Below, piece after piece: positions 28,553 through 39,622 of a DNA stretch of 64,000 nucleotides. The DNA is from Anaerolineae bacterium (GTDB taxonomy: Bacteria; Chloroflexota; Anaerolineae; JBHIEC01), in assembly GCA_046760425.1 (NCBI GenBank), contig JBHIEC010000001.1, positions 325-64,324 on the forward strand. Reading direction: 5' to 3'. The notes under the pieces were generated by a model. It ran no database searches, was not told the origin of the DNA, and saw only the letters and a list, made by a program, of their open reading frames with translations. The position numbers and the translations under genes are program-made. How positions within the stretch are numbered: the stretch's first letter is position 1; each line of letters opens with the position of its first letter.

Positions 28553-30115
28553 ATGGCCGCTAAGAAAAGATTGTTGAGCATGAAGGAAGCTTGTCACTAT
28601 CTCGGGGTGAGCCGAACGACGCTGCTCAATATAGAAGGAGAGGGACTTATCAGTCCCGCCCGAACGCCCGGTGGGCACCGACGTTATTCCATCGAAGAGC
28701 TGGAGCGCGTTCTTAGTCTCAGTCGAGACATCTTCGGGCGAAGACCCAGTCCTCGTGGGCCCGGGGTCAAGTTCAGCCTGCCCCATTTCATCGAGGAGTT
28801 GGCTACCAGCCCTGCCTCGACGGAGCAGATCATGGCCGAAGCCATCAAGCAACTCGTCTGGCTCTTCCAGGGGGATATGGGGGCCATCTTTACTCTGGAC
28901 GACGAAGGGAGCCTACGCCTCCAGGCTTCTTACAGGTTGCCTGATGAACTCATCGAGACGCTGTCTCGTGATTCCAACGAGGGGGTCTCTGCCAGAGTTC
29001 TGGCGACAAAGCAACCTCTGGTCTACAGCGAGGCCGAAAGCGAGATCCCCTTGCCGCCGGGTCAGGCCCAAGGGGTCTGTGTGCCCCTCATCTATCGCGA
29101 TACCGCCATGGGAGTCCTCCATATCATCTCCATGAACCGTTATCAGTTCTTCCCCAGCGAGATCAATGTCCTGTCGGCCATCGCCATCTACCTGGCCAGC
29201 CTCATCGTCAGTTCCCAGTACCTCAGGCAATATCAGCAGCGGCTCGATGAGTTGGCTTTCCTCAATCGCATGTGCGCCGCCATGCAGACCAAGGTTGATC
29301 TCGACCAGGTGCTTGGTACGTTCCTGGAGGAAACCATTGCTATGATGAAAGCAGATACGGGGACCGTTTTGCTTCGTGACCCGGCCAAAGGCGATCTCTA
29401 CGTCAGGGTGACGCGGGGCTTTCCAGAGGAGATGTACCACTTTCGACTGAAGGTGGGGGAGGGGATAGCAGGTTGGGTGGTGGAGCACGGAGAAGTCTGC
29501 ATTAGTCCCGACCTGGCCCATGAGCCACGCCTCTCCCATCGTGGCCGGGACCTGATCAAGGGGATCACCTCCACCATCTGCGTGCCCCTGAAGACCGAGG
29601 AGACTACCATCGGGGCTTTTCATATCAGCACCCGCTCGCCACGCACCTTCAGCCAGGAAGAGGTGCACTTTCTTTCCATCGTTGCCAGCCAGGCAGCGGC
29701 CATTATTCAACGTGCTCAGCTTTACGAGGAGATGGCGGAGCTGGCAAGGAAGGAGCGCCTCCTGCGCAGCTACTTGGAGGATGTGATCGAAAACGCCCCC
29801 ATAGGCATGAAGTTGTTGGACAAGAACCTGACCGTGTTGGCGTGGAATGCGGCTATGGAGAGAATGATCGGTATCAAGCGAGAGGAGATCATAGGCAAGA
29901 ACGAACTAGAAATCATCCCTACTTTGCGGCAAGAGGGGGCGGGGGAGATATTCGCCAGCGTCCTCAGCAGAGGAGAGCCTCATGAGATCAAGGGGTTCCG
30001 TCACATGACGCCAACTGGAGAGGAACGCATTTACAACGTCAAATTCCTGCCCCTCAAGAATAATGAAGAGATCAGCGGGGCAGTGCTTTTCGTTCAGGAC
30101 GTGACCGAGGTCTAG
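28553..30115 (+). CDS. MerR-type HTH / GAF / GAF / PAS transcriptional regulator
   Basis: N-terminal MKEACHYLGVSRTTLLNIEGEGLISP...RRYS (MerR-family helix-turn-helix), two GAF-like blocks and a C-terminal PAS-like block. Confidence 0.7.
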   Translation: MAAKKRLLSMKEACHYLGVSRTTLLNIEGEGLISPARTPGGHRRYSIEELERVLSLSRDIFGRRPSPRGPGVKFSLPHFIEELATSPASTEQIMAEAIKQLVWLFQGDMGAIFTLDDEGSLRLQASYRLPDELIETLSRDSNEGVSARVLATKQPLVYSEAESEIPLPPGQAQGVCVPLIYRDTAMGVLHIISMNRYQFFPSEINVLSAIAIYLASLIVSSQYLRQYQQRLDELAFLNRMCAAMQTKVDLDQVLGTFLEETIAMMKADTGTVLLRDPAKGDLYVRVTRGFPEEMYHFRLKVGEGIAGWVVEHGEVCISPDLAHEPRLSHRGRDLIKGITSTICVPLKTEETTIGAFHISTRSPRTFSQEEVHFLSIVASQAAAIIQRAQLYEEMAELARKERLLRSYLEDVIENAPIGMKLLDKNLTVLAWNAAMERMIGIKREEIIGKNELEIIPTLRQEGAGEIFASVLSRGEPHEIKGFRHMTPTGEERIYNVKFLPLKNNEEISGAVLFVQDVTEV

Positions 30116-30159
30116 AATCAGGATCAAGTAGCCTCCCTGCTTCAAAGAAGAGCGCACAA

Positions 30160-30186
30160 AAGGGCGAGACATATTTTCTCGCCCTT
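30160..30186. terminator. Rho-independent terminator downstream of secA; also follows the regulator gene
   Basis: AAGGGCGAGA catattt TCTCGCCCTT, with TTTTGTG following on the minus strand. Confidence 0.6.
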
Positions 30187-30313
30187 ATACTGCCCTTTCT
30201 TACAGGGCAACCCTATCACAGAGATCTCACCATCCCTCTCAATAACCTTATGAAGACGAATCGCTTCCATAAATCTTTCACCCCCATTTTTGTTAAGGCT
30301 GAAATGTCACCTA

Positions 30314-33300
30314 TCACCGCCGGCGCTTTCGGCCCCGCTTGCGCTTCTTTTTCTTCTTGCTCTTCTTCTCACCCCTGGAGGCGGTAGCCGGCGCGGAGGC
30401 CGTCGCCTGCACCGGAGCTCCCTGAGCCGCACCCCGACGCCCGTGGCAATACTTGTACTTCTTACCGCTGCCACAGGGGCAGGGATCGTTGCGTCCGATC
30501 TTCTGACCCACCTTCACCGGCCGACGTGGCTGCTCCGCCCCGGTGGAGATGGCCCCCCTGCTGGTACGCATCTCCCTCATGGGTCGGGGTTGGGGCTCCC
30601 GCATCACGTCGACGTGATAGATGGTGTGGACGATATCGTGCTCGATGTTGGCTGTGAGGCGCTGGAACATGTCGAAGGCCTCACGCTTGTAGGTGACCAG
30701 CGGGTCCTGCTGCCCATAGGCCCGCAGGCCGATGCCCTCCCGCAGATCGTCCAGGGCCGTCAGGTGGCGGATCCACAGGGTGTCCACCACCCGCAGCATG
30801 ACCAGCCGCTCCAACTGGCGCATGGTCTCGGCCCCCAGACGCTGCTCCTTCTCCTCGTACAGCCTCTCGGCCAGATCCAGCAACTGCTCCGCGATCTCCT
30901 GGGGCCGCAGGCCCTCCCACCGAGTCGTAGTCAGGGTAGGCGGCAGGGGCATAATGGCCCGCGCAGCGGCGTACAGCCCGGCCAGGTCCCACTCGTCCCT
31001 GTAATCGCCCCCCGTGTAGAGGGCCACCAGCTCCCGCAGTTCATCCTGCACCATGCGCATGATGATAGGCTTGAGGGACTCCTGGCTCAGGATCTTGCGC
31101 CGCTGGTCGTAGATGACGTTCCGCTGCTGGTTGATTACGTCGTCGTACTCCAGGAGATGCTTGCGGATGTCGAAGTTGTAGCCCTCCACTTTGACCTGGG
31201 CGCTCTCGATGGACTTGGTGACCAGGTCGTGCTCGATGGGGATGTCCTCATCTACGCCGGCCCATTCCATGAAACCCTTGACCCGCTCCCCACCGAAGCG
31301 GCGCATGAGATCGTCTTCCAGAGAGACGTAGAAGCGGGAGGAGCCCGGGTCGCCCAGTCGCCCCGAGCGGCCCCGTAACTGGTTATCAATGCGCCGCGCC
31401 TCGTGGCGCTCCGTGCCCAGGACGTGCAAGCCACCCAGCTTCAACACCCTATCGTGGTCCCGGCGGCAGAGGGCGGTCATCTCAGCCAGCACCTGGGCCC
31501 AGCGCTCAGGGTACTTGCGGGTAGGGTCTTGGCCCTCCCGCAGCATCTTCACCGCATCGTCCCATTCAGCGGAGTGGATCTGAGTCAGGTCCACGCCCTC
31601 CTTGCGGAGCTGCTCACGGGCCAACCCCTCCGGATCACCACCCAGCTTGATGTCCACGCCTCGGCCCGCCATGTTGGTGGCGATGGTCACGGCCCCGGGG
31701 CGGCCCGCCTGGGCGATGATGAGGGCTTCCTTCTCGTGATGCTTGGCGTTAAGGACCTGGTGGGGGATGCCGCGCCTGCGCAGGAGCTCTGAGAGCATCT
31801 CCGATCTCTCAACAAAGACGGTGCCTACCAGGACCGGGCGTCCCTGCTTGTGGAGTTCCTCGATCTCCCGCACCACGGCCCGGAACTTGGCCGCCTCATT
31901 CTTGTAGACGACGTCGGGCAGGTCCAGCCGCTTGTAGTACCGCACCAGCGGATTGTCAGGCTTCTCATAGGTGGTGATCTCTATGTTGTCCCGACCATCC
32001 AGGACGCCGGCGAAGGTGACTGGGGCGATCTCGTCCAGACGTCGGTGGCAGGTAACCAGGTCGCCGTAGGTGGCCCGGTATTCCACGTTGGTAGGCAGGA
32101 CGACCACGTCCAGGCCGTAGATTTTGTGAAACTCCTCAGCCTCAGTGGCGGCGGTGCCCGTCATGCCGGCCAGCTTCTCATACATGCGGAAGTAGTTCTG
32201 GAAGGTGATGGTGGCCAGGGTCAGGCTCTCCCGCTGAATGGGCACCCCCTCCTTGGCCTCGATGGCCTGGTGCAGCCCCTCGGAGTAGCGACGCCCGTAC
32301 ATCAGGCGGCCCGTAAACTCGTCAACGATGATCACCTGACGATCCTTGACGATGTAGTCGCGATCCCGCTTGTAGAGGACGTGGGCCCGCAGGGCCTGCT
32401 CCAGGTAGGGGGTCAGGTGGTAATTCTGAGGCGAGTAGAGGTTATCGAGGCCCAGCCAGCGTTCCATCTTGCTGATCCCCTCCTCGGTGAGGGTGACGAT
32501 GCGTGCCTTCTCGTCTACCACATAGTCCTCCTCAGCCCGCAGGCGGGGGACCAGGCGGGCGAAGGTGTGGTAGGCCTCGGCGGATTCCTCGGCGGGGCCG
32601 GAGATGATGAGGGGCGTACGGGCCTCGTCAATGAGGATGTTGTCCACCTCGTCCACGATGGCGTAGTGGAGCTCCCGCTGGACGCACTGGGAGAGGTCGA
32701 GGACCATGTTGTCCCGCAGGTAGTCGAAGCCGAACTCATTGTTGGTGCCATAGGTGATGTCGGCCCGATAGGCATCCTGCCGGGGGATGGGCCGCAGATG
32801 CCGGTAGCGATCATCGCTGGCCTGGTAGGTCGGGTCGAAGAGGAAGGCCGGCTGAACGACGCCCTCATCCGTCTGAGACTGGATGACGCCCACGGTGAGT
32901 CCCAGGGCGTGGTAGATAGGGCCCATCCACTGGGTATCGCGCTTGGCCAGGTAGTCGTTGACGGTGACCAGGTGGACCCCCTTGCCCTCCAGGGCGTTGA
33001 GGTACAGGGGCAGGGTGGCGACCAGGGTCTTGCCCTCGCCCGTCTTCATCTCCACCACCTTGCCTTGGTGGAGCATGATGCCACCCACGAGCTGCACATC
33101 GAAGTGGCGCAGCCCGATGGTACGCTTGCTCGCCTCCCGCACGGCGGCGAAGGCCTCGGGCAGGAGGCTGTCCAGAGGCTCGCCAGCGTAGTAACGCCCT
33201 TTGAACTCCGCAGTCTTATCCCGCAGCTCCTCATCGGAGAGTCGCTCGAACTCGGGCTCCAGGGCATTGATCTCCTCCACGATGGGCTGGAGCCGCTCGA

Positions 33301-33352
33301 TCTCCTTGGCGTTGGGATCACCTACAATCTTGGTCAGGATGTTTTTGAACAT
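30314..33352 (-). CDS. secA: Preprotein translocase ATPase SecA with a polybasic C-terminal tail
   Basis: 1012 aa. DEAD-like motor domains. C-terminal zinc motif [14 protein letters not shown] followed by ...[17 protein letters not shown]. Confidence 0.95.
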   Translation of the reverse strand: MFKNILTKIVGDPNAKEIERLQPIVEEINALEPEFERLSDEELRDKTAEFKGRYYAGEPLDSLLPEAFAAVREASKRTIGLRHFDVQLVGGIMLHQGKVVEMKTGEGKTLVATLPLYLNALEGKGVHLVTVNDYLAKRDTQWMGPIYHALGLTVGVIQSQTDEGVVQPAFLFDPTYQASDDRYRHLRPIPRQDAYRADITYGTNNEFGFDYLRDNMVLDLSQCVQRELHYAIVDEVDNILIDEARTPLIISGPAEESAEAYHTFARLVPRLRAEEDYVVDEKARIVTLTEEGISKMERWLGLDNLYSPQNYHLTPYLEQALRAHVLYKRDRDYIVKDRQVIIVDEFTGRLMYGRRYSEGLHQAIEAKEGVPIQRESLTLATITFQNYFRMYEKLAGMTGTAATEAEEFHKIYGLDVVVLPTNVEYRATYGDLVTCHRRLDEIAPVTFAGVLDGRDNIEITTYEKPDNPLVRYYKRLDLPDVVYKNEAAKFRAVVREIEELHKQGRPVLVGTVFVERSEMLSELLRRRGIPHQVLNAKHHEKEALIIAQAGRPGAVTIATNMAGRGVDIKLGGDPEGLAREQLRKEGVDLTQIHSAEWDDAVKMLREGQDPTRKYPERWAQVLAEMTALCRRDHDRVLKLGGLHVLGTERHEARRIDNQLRGRSGRLGDPGSSRFYVSLEDDLMRRFGGERVKGFMEWAGVDEDIPIEHDLVTKSIESAQVKVEGYNFDIRKHLLEYDDVINQQRNVIYDQRRKILSQESLKPIIMRMVQDELRELVALYTGGDYRDEWDLAGLYAAARAIMPLPPTLTTTRWEGLRPQEIAEQLLDLAERLYEEKEQRLGAETMRQLERLVMLRVVDTLWIRHLTALDDLREGIGLRAYGQQDPLVTYKREAFDMFQRLTANIEHDIVHTIYHVDVMREPQPRPMREMRTSRGAISTGAEQPRRPVKVGQKIGRNDPCPCGSGKKYKYCHGRRGAAQGAPVQATASAPATASRGEKKSKKKKKRKRGRKRRR

Positions 33353-33376
33353 TCAGGTAGCCCTCTTTCAGGCATT

Positions 33377-33652
33377 CTAAATCAGCCCCATCCTTCTGGC
33401 TGTCTTGTAGACCTCATCATCGTTTCTGGAACCTACAAGTAGAACCGTTACCACCCGTGCTGAGTCATCAACGGTGTAAAGAATGCGGTACTCCCCGCTG
33501 TCCACCCGCAGCCCCACACCGATTTTTTTGGAGTCGGGGGGGCGAGGGTCTATAGAAAGGCTGAAGATTTTCCTGGCGATCTGCTTGAAATCCTTTGGCC
33601 AGTAGGGCCCCAGTTCCTTCAGCACACGTTTCTCGATTCGTAGGTCGTACAC
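33377..33652 (-). CDS. Type II toxin, RelE/ParE family
   Basis: 91 aa, ...GEYRILYTVDDSARVVTVLLVGSRND. Confidence 0.6.
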   Translation of the reverse strand: MYDLRIEKRVLKELGPYWPKDFKQIARKIFSLSIDPRPPDSKKIGVGLRVDSGEYRILYTVDDSARVVTVLLVGSRNDDEVYKTARRMGLI

Positions 33653-33673
33653 CTATCATCCCTCCGCCGCCCC

Positions 33674-33976
33674 TCATTCGGCGGAAGCGATCTCCTCCAG
33701 GGTAACGGGGACGCCGCTGGCCTCGCTGTAGTGCGCAAGCATCTCGTCGAAGGTAACAAATTCCGTAGCCGTAGCCAGGGCACGCTCAATGAGCATTCTG
33801 TCCACGGCATCGGCAGCATCAACAAGAAGCTGAAATGCCTCATAGCTCAGCAGGACACCCCGAGGCCGCCCCCTCTGAGTGATGATAAGAGGCTGCTTCT
33901 GCGCATTTGCAAGGGCCTCCTTCACCCTGGTGCGAAGATCGCTCACCGTAAGGATCGGCAAGCTCCTCTGGACCAT
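33674..33976 (-). CDS. Phd/YefM family antitoxin
   Basis: MVQRSLPILTVSDLRTRVKEALANAQKQPLIITQRGRPRGVLLSYEAFQ. The ORF-track start at 34099 is an N-terminal over-extension. Confidence 0.6.
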   Translation of the reverse strand: MVQRSLPILTVSDLRTRVKEALANAQKQPLIITQRGRPRGVLLSYEAFQLLVDAADAVDRMLIERALATATEFVTFDEMLAHYSEASGVPVTLEEIASAE

Positions 33977-34091
33977 CTCCCTTCTCCTTTCTTTGCTTCT
34001 GAAAGTACATCCAGATGTACTTCCCGTTGATATTATACTACAACTTAGCGCGGCTGTCAAATGGGGCTTTCTCCGATCAGCCTCTGCGGCA

Positions 34092-35054
34092 CTACTCATT
34101 GAACATCTCGCCCACGGAAACCCCCTGGTGGATGCGGCGGATCACCTCCCCCAGCAGCGGGCCCACGGAGAGGACGGTCATGTGGGGCAGCATCTTCTCC
34201 GGGGGGATGGGGATGGTGTTGGTGACCACGATCTCCTTCAGCCCGGCGGCCCGCAGACGCTCCACGGCCGGGTCAGAAAAGACGGGATGGGTGGCACAGA
34301 CGTAGATATCCCCAGCGCCCTGGTCCTTGAGGAAGTGGGCCGCTTCCATCACTGTGCCGGCCGTGTCAATCTCGTCGTCGAAGATGATGGCGTTCCTCCC
34401 CCGCACCTCCCCGATCAGGTTCAGGGCCCTGGTCTTGCTACCATCCAGAACCCGGCGTTTCTCGACGATGGCCAGCGGGACGCCCAGCTCCTGGGCGAAG
34501 TTCCTGGCCTTCTTGGAGGCCCCCACATCGGGGGCGATGACCACGGCATCCTCCACGCCCTTCTGGATGAAGTAGTCGCTCAGCATGTGAAAGGCGGTGA
34601 TGTCATCCACGGGGATGGTGAAGAAACCCTGGATCTGGCCGGCGTGCAAATCTATGGTCAGGAAGCGGTCCGCCCCGGCCACGGTGATCAGGTCGGCGAC
34701 GAGCCGGGCCGTGATGGGCACCCGGGGCTGGTCCTTCTTGTCCGTGCGGCCATAGGCGTAGTAGGGCACCACGGCCGTGATGCGTCCCGCCGAATCCCGC
34801 CGCAGGCAATCAATGAAGATCAGCAGCTCCATGATGTTGGTGTTCACCGGGCAACAGGTGGGTTGGATCAGGAAGACATCCTGGGAGCGGACGCTACCGT
34901 GCAGTCGCACAAAGATGTTCTCGTTGGGGAACTGGAAGACATCGGCGCCGCGCAGGGGGACGCCCAGGTAGCGGCAGATCTCCTCGGCCAGGGCCTGGTT
35001 GGCCCTCCCGCTGAACACAGCTAACTCCCCGTACATGCTCCTCATCTCAGTCAT
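34092..35054 (-). CDS. prs: Ribose-phosphate pyrophosphokinase
   Basis: PRPP synthetase motifs (DLHAGQIQGFF, VIAPDVGASKKA). ATG at MTEMRSMYGE is preceded by GAGGGGGAGAGAG. Confidence 0.85.
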   Translation of the reverse strand: MTEMRSMYGELAVFSGRANQALAEEICRYLGVPLRGADVFQFPNENIFVRLHGSVRSQDVFLIQPTCCPVNTNIMELLIFIDCLRRDSAGRITAVVPYYAYGRTDKKDQPRVPITARLVADLITVAGADRFLTIDLHAGQIQGFFTIPVDDITAFHMLSDYFIQKGVEDAVVIAPDVGASKKARNFAQELGVPLAIVEKRRVLDGSKTRALNLIGEVRGRNAIIFDDEIDTAGTVMEAAHFLKDQGAGDIYVCATHPVFSDPAVERLRAAGLKEIVVTNTIPIPPEKMLPHMTVLSVGPLLGEVIRRIHQGVSVGEMFNE

Positions 35055-35065
35055 CTCTCTCCCCC

Positions 35066-35608
35066 TCAATCTCTTGGCTCCTTGACTCGGCTGTTGAACT
35101 CCTGGCGCAGGAGGCCCATGATCAGGTGATCATGATAGCGCCCACCCTGGAACACGGCCTCCCGTTCCGTCCCTTCGAGTATAAAGCCGCACTTCTCGTA
35201 GCAGCGGATGGCCCGCTGGTTGAAGGCCAGGACGTGGAGATAGACGCGGTGGAGGTTCATCTCATTGAAAGCGAAATCCAGCAGGGTCAGGATGGCGTCG
35301 GTGCCATAGCCCTGATCCCAGTAGTCCTTCTCGCCGATGAAGATGCCCAACTCGGCGTGGCTGTTCTTCCAGTCTATCCTGTGCAGGCCGATGTTGCCGA
35401 TGTGCACCCCCTCCCGGGTCTCAATGGCGAAAACCCGGCCGCTCTCGTCCTCCAGTTGCCGCTCGAACCACCGCTCCTCCTCGGCTTTGGAGAGGGGCAT
35501 GTACCGGGCCAGGTAGCGGACTAGCTCCTGATCGTTGAGCCACCGCACGAAGCGGGGGATGTCCTCCCGCTCGATGGCTCGCAGTCTCACCTTTTTCCCC
35601 TGGATCAT
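35066..35608 (-). CDS. GNAT family N-acetyltransferase (RimJ/RimL-like)
   Basis: 180 aa with GNAT-fold motifs (GYGTDAILTLLDFAF). Confidence 0.7.
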   Translation of the reverse strand: MIQGKKVRLRAIEREDIPRFVRWLNDQELVRYLARYMPLSKAEEERWFERQLEDESGRVFAIETREGVHIGNIGLHRIDWKNSHAELGIFIGEKDYWDQGYGTDAILTLLDFAFNEMNLHRVYLHVLAFNQRAIRCYEKCGFILEGTEREAVFQGGRYHDHLIMGLLRQEFNSRVKEPRD

Positions 35609-36249
35609 GGATTCGGCTCCTCCTCGACCTCAGAGTCAAAGCCTTTCTCCTTCAGGTGACAGGTGTCGTTGAGGGCCCTGATGCGGGTTCGATGGCCGTC
35701 CAGTTCGACGATGCTCAGGGAAGCGTTGTCGAACCAGAAGGGCAGGCGCTCACCCAGGTCCAGCCCCAACAGCCCGGCCAGGAAGACGCCGATGGCCCCG
35801 CCGTGGGTGATGACGGCCACCGTCCCATCAGGATGGCCCTTCACGATGTCCGCCATAGCCGCCCTCACCCGCTGAGCGAAGACGGCCCTCCCCTCCTCGC
35901 CGGGTAATGGGATCCAGCGGGTGGTTTCCTGCCAACCCCGATAGATGGCTGGATACCGCTCCTTCACCTCCTCGATGGTCAGGCCCTCCAGCTCGCCGAG
36001 GCCATACTCCCTGAGCCGTTCGTCCACCGTGAGGGGCAGGTTCAGGGTGTGGGCAATGATGCGGGCTGTCTCCAGGGCTCGCTTCAGGGAACTGGTGTAG
36101 AGGGCCGCGATGGGGAGATGAGCCAGGTGCTTGGCCAGCTTCTCCGATTGCCTTCGGCCCCGCTCAGTCAGCGGCGAGTCGGTCCAGCCCTGGATACGCC
36201 CCGCGTCGTTCCACGTGGACTCGCCGTGCCGGATCAGAATGAGCTGCAT
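35605..36249 (-). CDS. Histidine phosphatase (phosphoglycerate mutase) family protein
   Basis: Catalytic RHGES motif in MQLILIRHGESTWN. Confidence 0.75.
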   Translation of the reverse strand: MQLILIRHGESTWNDAGRIQGWTDSPLTERGRRQSEKLAKHLAHLPIAALYTSSLKRALETARIIAHTLNLPLTVDERLREYGLGELEGLTIEEVKERYPAIYRGWQETTRWIPLPGEEGRAVFAQRVRAAMADIVKGHPDGTVAVITHGGAIGVFLAGLLGLDLGERLPFWFDNASLSIVELDGHRTRIRALNDTCHLKEKGFDSEVEEEPNP

Positions 36250-36275
36250 CTCTTCTCTTTGCGTAAGACATATAC

Positions 36276-36342
36276 GGCACCGCATAAATGACGGTGCCTG
36301 GGTCGTTTTTCACCCCCAGGCGGCGTGATTTCATCCGCCGCC
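36276..36342. repeat. Copy C of the three-hairpin intergenic repeat family
   Basis: GGCACCGCATAAATGACGGTGCC TGGGtcgtttttcaccCCCAGG CGGCGTGATTTCATCCGCCGCC. Confidence 0.6.
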
Positions 36343-36400
36343 GACCGCCACTGTAAAAGACGAAGACCTCAACACGAGGTCTCTCGCCATCGAAAGTCCG

Positions 36401-37381
36401 TTAGCCTTGCGAAGGTTCTCGAGCCTTCGCAAGGCTTTCGGGACCCCCACGGGCCTCCTTGCCCAGCAGGGCCTGGGCCGCAGAGTAGGGGTCCATCTGG
36501 CGCTCCACCACGCGCTCCACCAGGGCCTCGATCTCCGTCTGATCAATGCCGGCCAGGAGCCGTCCCATTAACTCGTGGCGCAGGATGTCCATGAGCTCCC
36601 CTCGGGCCCGCTCCCGCTCCCGCTGATGTCGTTGGCCGCTCGTCTCCAGATGGGTGGCATGCTCCTCGATGGCCTCGATCAAGGGCTCCACACCTTCTCC
36701 ACGCAGGGCGATGGTTTTCAGAACAGGTGGTCGCCAGTTCCTCGGCCGGGGGTCCAGATCGAGCATCATCCGCAGGACGGTCACGGCACGATCAGCCCCC
36801 TCCAGGTCGGCCTTGTTGACGGCGAAGATATCGGCGATTTCCAGGATGCCGGCTTTGATAGCCTGGATCTCGTCGCCCAGGCCGGGGGCGGTGACGACGA
36901 TGGTGGTGTGGGCCGCCTCGGCGATCTCCACCTCTGACTGGCCGGCCCCCACCGTCTCCACGAAGATCACCTGGTAGCCTGCCGCGTCCAGCACCTTGAC
37001 GGCGTCGCTGGTGGCCCGGGCCAAGCCTCCCAGGCTGCCCCGCGTGGCCATACTCCTGATGAAGACGCCGGGATCGCCGCTGAGGTCCTGCATGCGTACG
37101 CGGTCGCCCAGGATGGCCCCACCGGAGAAGGGGCTGGTGGGGTCAACGGCCACGATGCCCACCGTCTTCCCCCGTTGACGATAGGCCTTGGTCAGCTCGT
37201 TGACCAGGGTGCTCTTGCCCGTGCCCGAAGCGCCGGTGACGCCCACGATGTGGGCCCGGCCGGTGTGGGGGTAGAGGGCGGCCAGAGCCTGCCGGGCTAC
37301 AGAGCCCTCGTTCTCGGCGAGGGTGATCAGCCGGGCAATGGCCCGACGGTTGCCGGAGAGTACTTGCTCAACTAGGGTCAT
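36401..37381 (-). CDS. meaB: Methylmalonyl-CoA mutase-associated GTPase MeaB/ArgK
   Basis: P-loop GVTGASGTGKST. The palindromic repeat at 36404-36435 supplies its C-terminal residues and stop codon. Confidence 0.8.
   Translation of the reverse strand: MTLVEQVLSGNRRAIARLITLAENEGSVARQALAALYPHTGRAHIVGVTGASGTGKSTLVNELTKAYRQRGKTVGIVAVDPTSPFSGGAILGDRVRMQDLSGDPGVFIRSMATRGSLGGLARATSDAVKVLDAAGYQVIFVETVGAGQSEVEIAEAAHTTIVVTAPGLGDEIQAIKAGILEIADIFAVNKADLEGADRAVTVLRMMLDLDPRPRNWRPPVLKTIALRGEGVEPLIEAIEEHATHLETSGQRHQRERERARGELMDILRHELMGRLLAGIDQTEIEALVERVVERQMDPYSAAQALLGKEARGGPESLAKAREPSQG
36404..36435. repeat. Palindromic repeat family copy b, forming the 3' end of the meaB coding sequence
   Basis: GCCTTGCGAAGGTTCTCGAGCCTTCGCAAGGC. 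Confidence 0.65.
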
Positions 37382-37442
37382 GGTCAGAGTACACAAGTAG
37401 ACAAGTATAAGAGTGCACCAGGAGCATCCCCTGTCTACTTGT

Positions 37443-37868
<426 letters not shown>

Positions 37869-38187
37869 AGCTCCTCTCCTGATTAGGTTACGCCTATATT
37901 ATACAACAAATCGGCGGGATTGGAAAGGGGTTCTAGGCAACAAAAAAGCCCATCCTCTCGCTGAAAGGATAGGGCTGCGGTCTGCTATCCCAGAATCTGA
38001 AAAGTTGTTGTTTGAGGGCCCTTCGCCTCAAGTCATTTTCAGCTAAACTATTCACCCGGCTCGGCCTGGATCCCTTCGGCGGGGCTCAGGACAAGTGTCA
38101 AACCTGTGGTGAGCGTAGCCGAACCATCCGGGCCAAAACGGCGAGATCAGCCCGAATTCGCCTGTTCAGCCGTTGGATCGTTCGACT

Positions 38188-38302
38188 GAGCCTTCGGGCT
38201 GAGGCCCCTTCGTCAGGGCTTCCGCTGAGGCGTCAGCCGAAGCGCTCAGGGCAAGCTCTCAAGGCTTCGCCGTCGAGGCTCAGCCGAACGGCCGAAGGCT
38301 CA
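38188..38302. repeat. Intergenic copy of a ~100-bp palindromic element also embedded in frame in hypF (59692-59779)
   Basis: GAGCCTTCGGGCTGAGGCCCCTTCGTCAGG...GGCAAGCTCTCAAGGCTTCGCCGTCGAGGCTCAGCCGAACGGCCGAAGGCTCA. Its ends form an inverted repeat. Confidence 0.7.
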
Positions 38303-38355
38303 CGACGAAGTCTGGCGATCCGACGGGAGCAGGTGAATAGCCAGCTATCTTCGGT

Positions 38356-39612
38356 CTAGCGGTGGCATATCAGACACGTCTCGCCCCTCCTGCCCCGGTG
38401 GCTGGCCGGATAGGGGCTCAGGCTACCCTGGGCATGGCACAGAAGACAATCGCTCCGCCCCTCCATGGGGTGCTGGATCCGGGGCGCGACGCCCACGGCG
38501 GGGACGATCTCCGCCGTCGGAGTGACCGTTGGCTGCGGGGGAGCTATGGCGGTGGTGCTGGGGCCACCCTGCCAGGATCGCATGAGGGCTAGGAGATCGT
38601 TGATGTCGTCGGTGCTCAACAGGGCGTGGAAGGAGGGCATGGCCTCCCCGCCGTCGCGGATGTAGCGGCCCATGGTCTCATCATCCAGGTTGCCCAGCGT
38701 CTCCACCGAGCGCAGGGCCCGCCCGCCGATCTCTATCTCCCCCTCCAGGCCATGGCAGCCGCTGCATAAGCGGGCGAAGAGCTCCCGCCCCTCGGCAGCG
38801 TCCCCCAGGGCGGCATTGAGCCGTTCCGCGGCCGACGTGCCGGCCACCAACGGTGCTCCCGCCTCCCAGGAGCGGATCAGAGCCACCAGCTCGTCAATCT
38901 GGCCGTCGGTCAGCAGGCCCAACTCGCCCCAAGACAGCATGGGGGAAGCACCCCGCCCGCTGATGATGGCCTGTCGGATGGCTGCATCGTCGTAGCTGGC
39001 CAGGAAGGCCCTGGAGTTGAGGGCTGGCCCCAGCCCACCCTCCCCCTTCTGGCCGTGGCAGCGGGAGCAGATATTGGCGAAGATCTCCTGGCCGCTCAGT
39101 TGAGCGCTGGTCAGGGTCCCATGGCAGGCCAGGCAAACCTCGCTGCTGCGGCCGGCGTGGTCGTCGGGATAGCGGGGTGCCTGGCCGACGCCCAGCTTGT
39201 GGCACATCAGGCAATCCTCGCGACCCTTCAGCTCATGGGGCACCTGGGGAGGCGGTAGGGCCACGCCGACGACGATGGGCCGCGCACCGGCCACGTGGCA
39301 GCGCCGACAGTCCTCATTGGTGCGGCCAGCGTGATCGTGGGGCAGGATAGGCGCCCCCACGGTGCCCTCCAGGTGACACATGAGGCAGTTGTCCCGCCCC
39401 TCCAGATCGTGGGGGATCAGGGGGGGCGGCGCCACAGGGGTAACCGGCGCTGGCCGGGCGATGGCGGCAACGGTCACCGTAGGCTGCTGGAGGAGCGACG
39501 CCTGAAGGGGAGGGGGAGGAGGAGTTGGGGGGCCGGCTCCCTGGCAGCCAGCCAGCAGGGCCGTGGCCGCCAGCAGGAGGAAGCAGAGCAGCAGGACTTT
39601 CGCCCGTTTCAT
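38356..39612 (-). CDS. Multiheme c-type cytochrome lipoprotein (8 CxxCH)
   Basis: LLAGC lipobox. Repeated IPHxLEGRxxCLMCH...HAGRxxxxCxxCH paired-CxxCH modules plus two class-I-like CxxCH segments. Confidence 0.8.
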   Translation of the reverse strand: MKRAKVLLLCFLLLAATALLAGCQGAGPPTPPPPPLQASLLQQPTVTVAAIARPAPVTPVAPPPLIPHDLEGRDNCLMCHLEGTVGAPILPHDHAGRTNEDCRRCHVAGARPIVVGVALPPPQVPHELKGREDCLMCHKLGVGQAPRYPDDHAGRSSEVCLACHGTLTSAQLSGQEIFANICSRCHGQKGEGGLGPALNSRAFLASYDDAAIRQAIISGRGASPMLSWGELGLLTDGQIDELVALIRSWEAGAPLVAGTSAAERLNAALGDAAEGRELFARLCSGCHGLEGEIEIGGRALRSVETLGNLDDETMGRYIRDGGEAMPSFHALLSTDDINDLLALMRSWQGGPSTTAIAPPQPTVTPTAEIVPAVGVAPRIQHPMEGRSDCLLCHAQGSLSPYPASHRGRRGETCLICHR

Positions 39613-39622
39613 AGGATCGCTC

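Noticed and set aside
31850-33442. 530-aa plus-strand ORF antisense to secA
   Set aside because: Same reasoning: low-complexity Gly/Val/Asp-rich translation with no motifs, inside a strongly supported gene.
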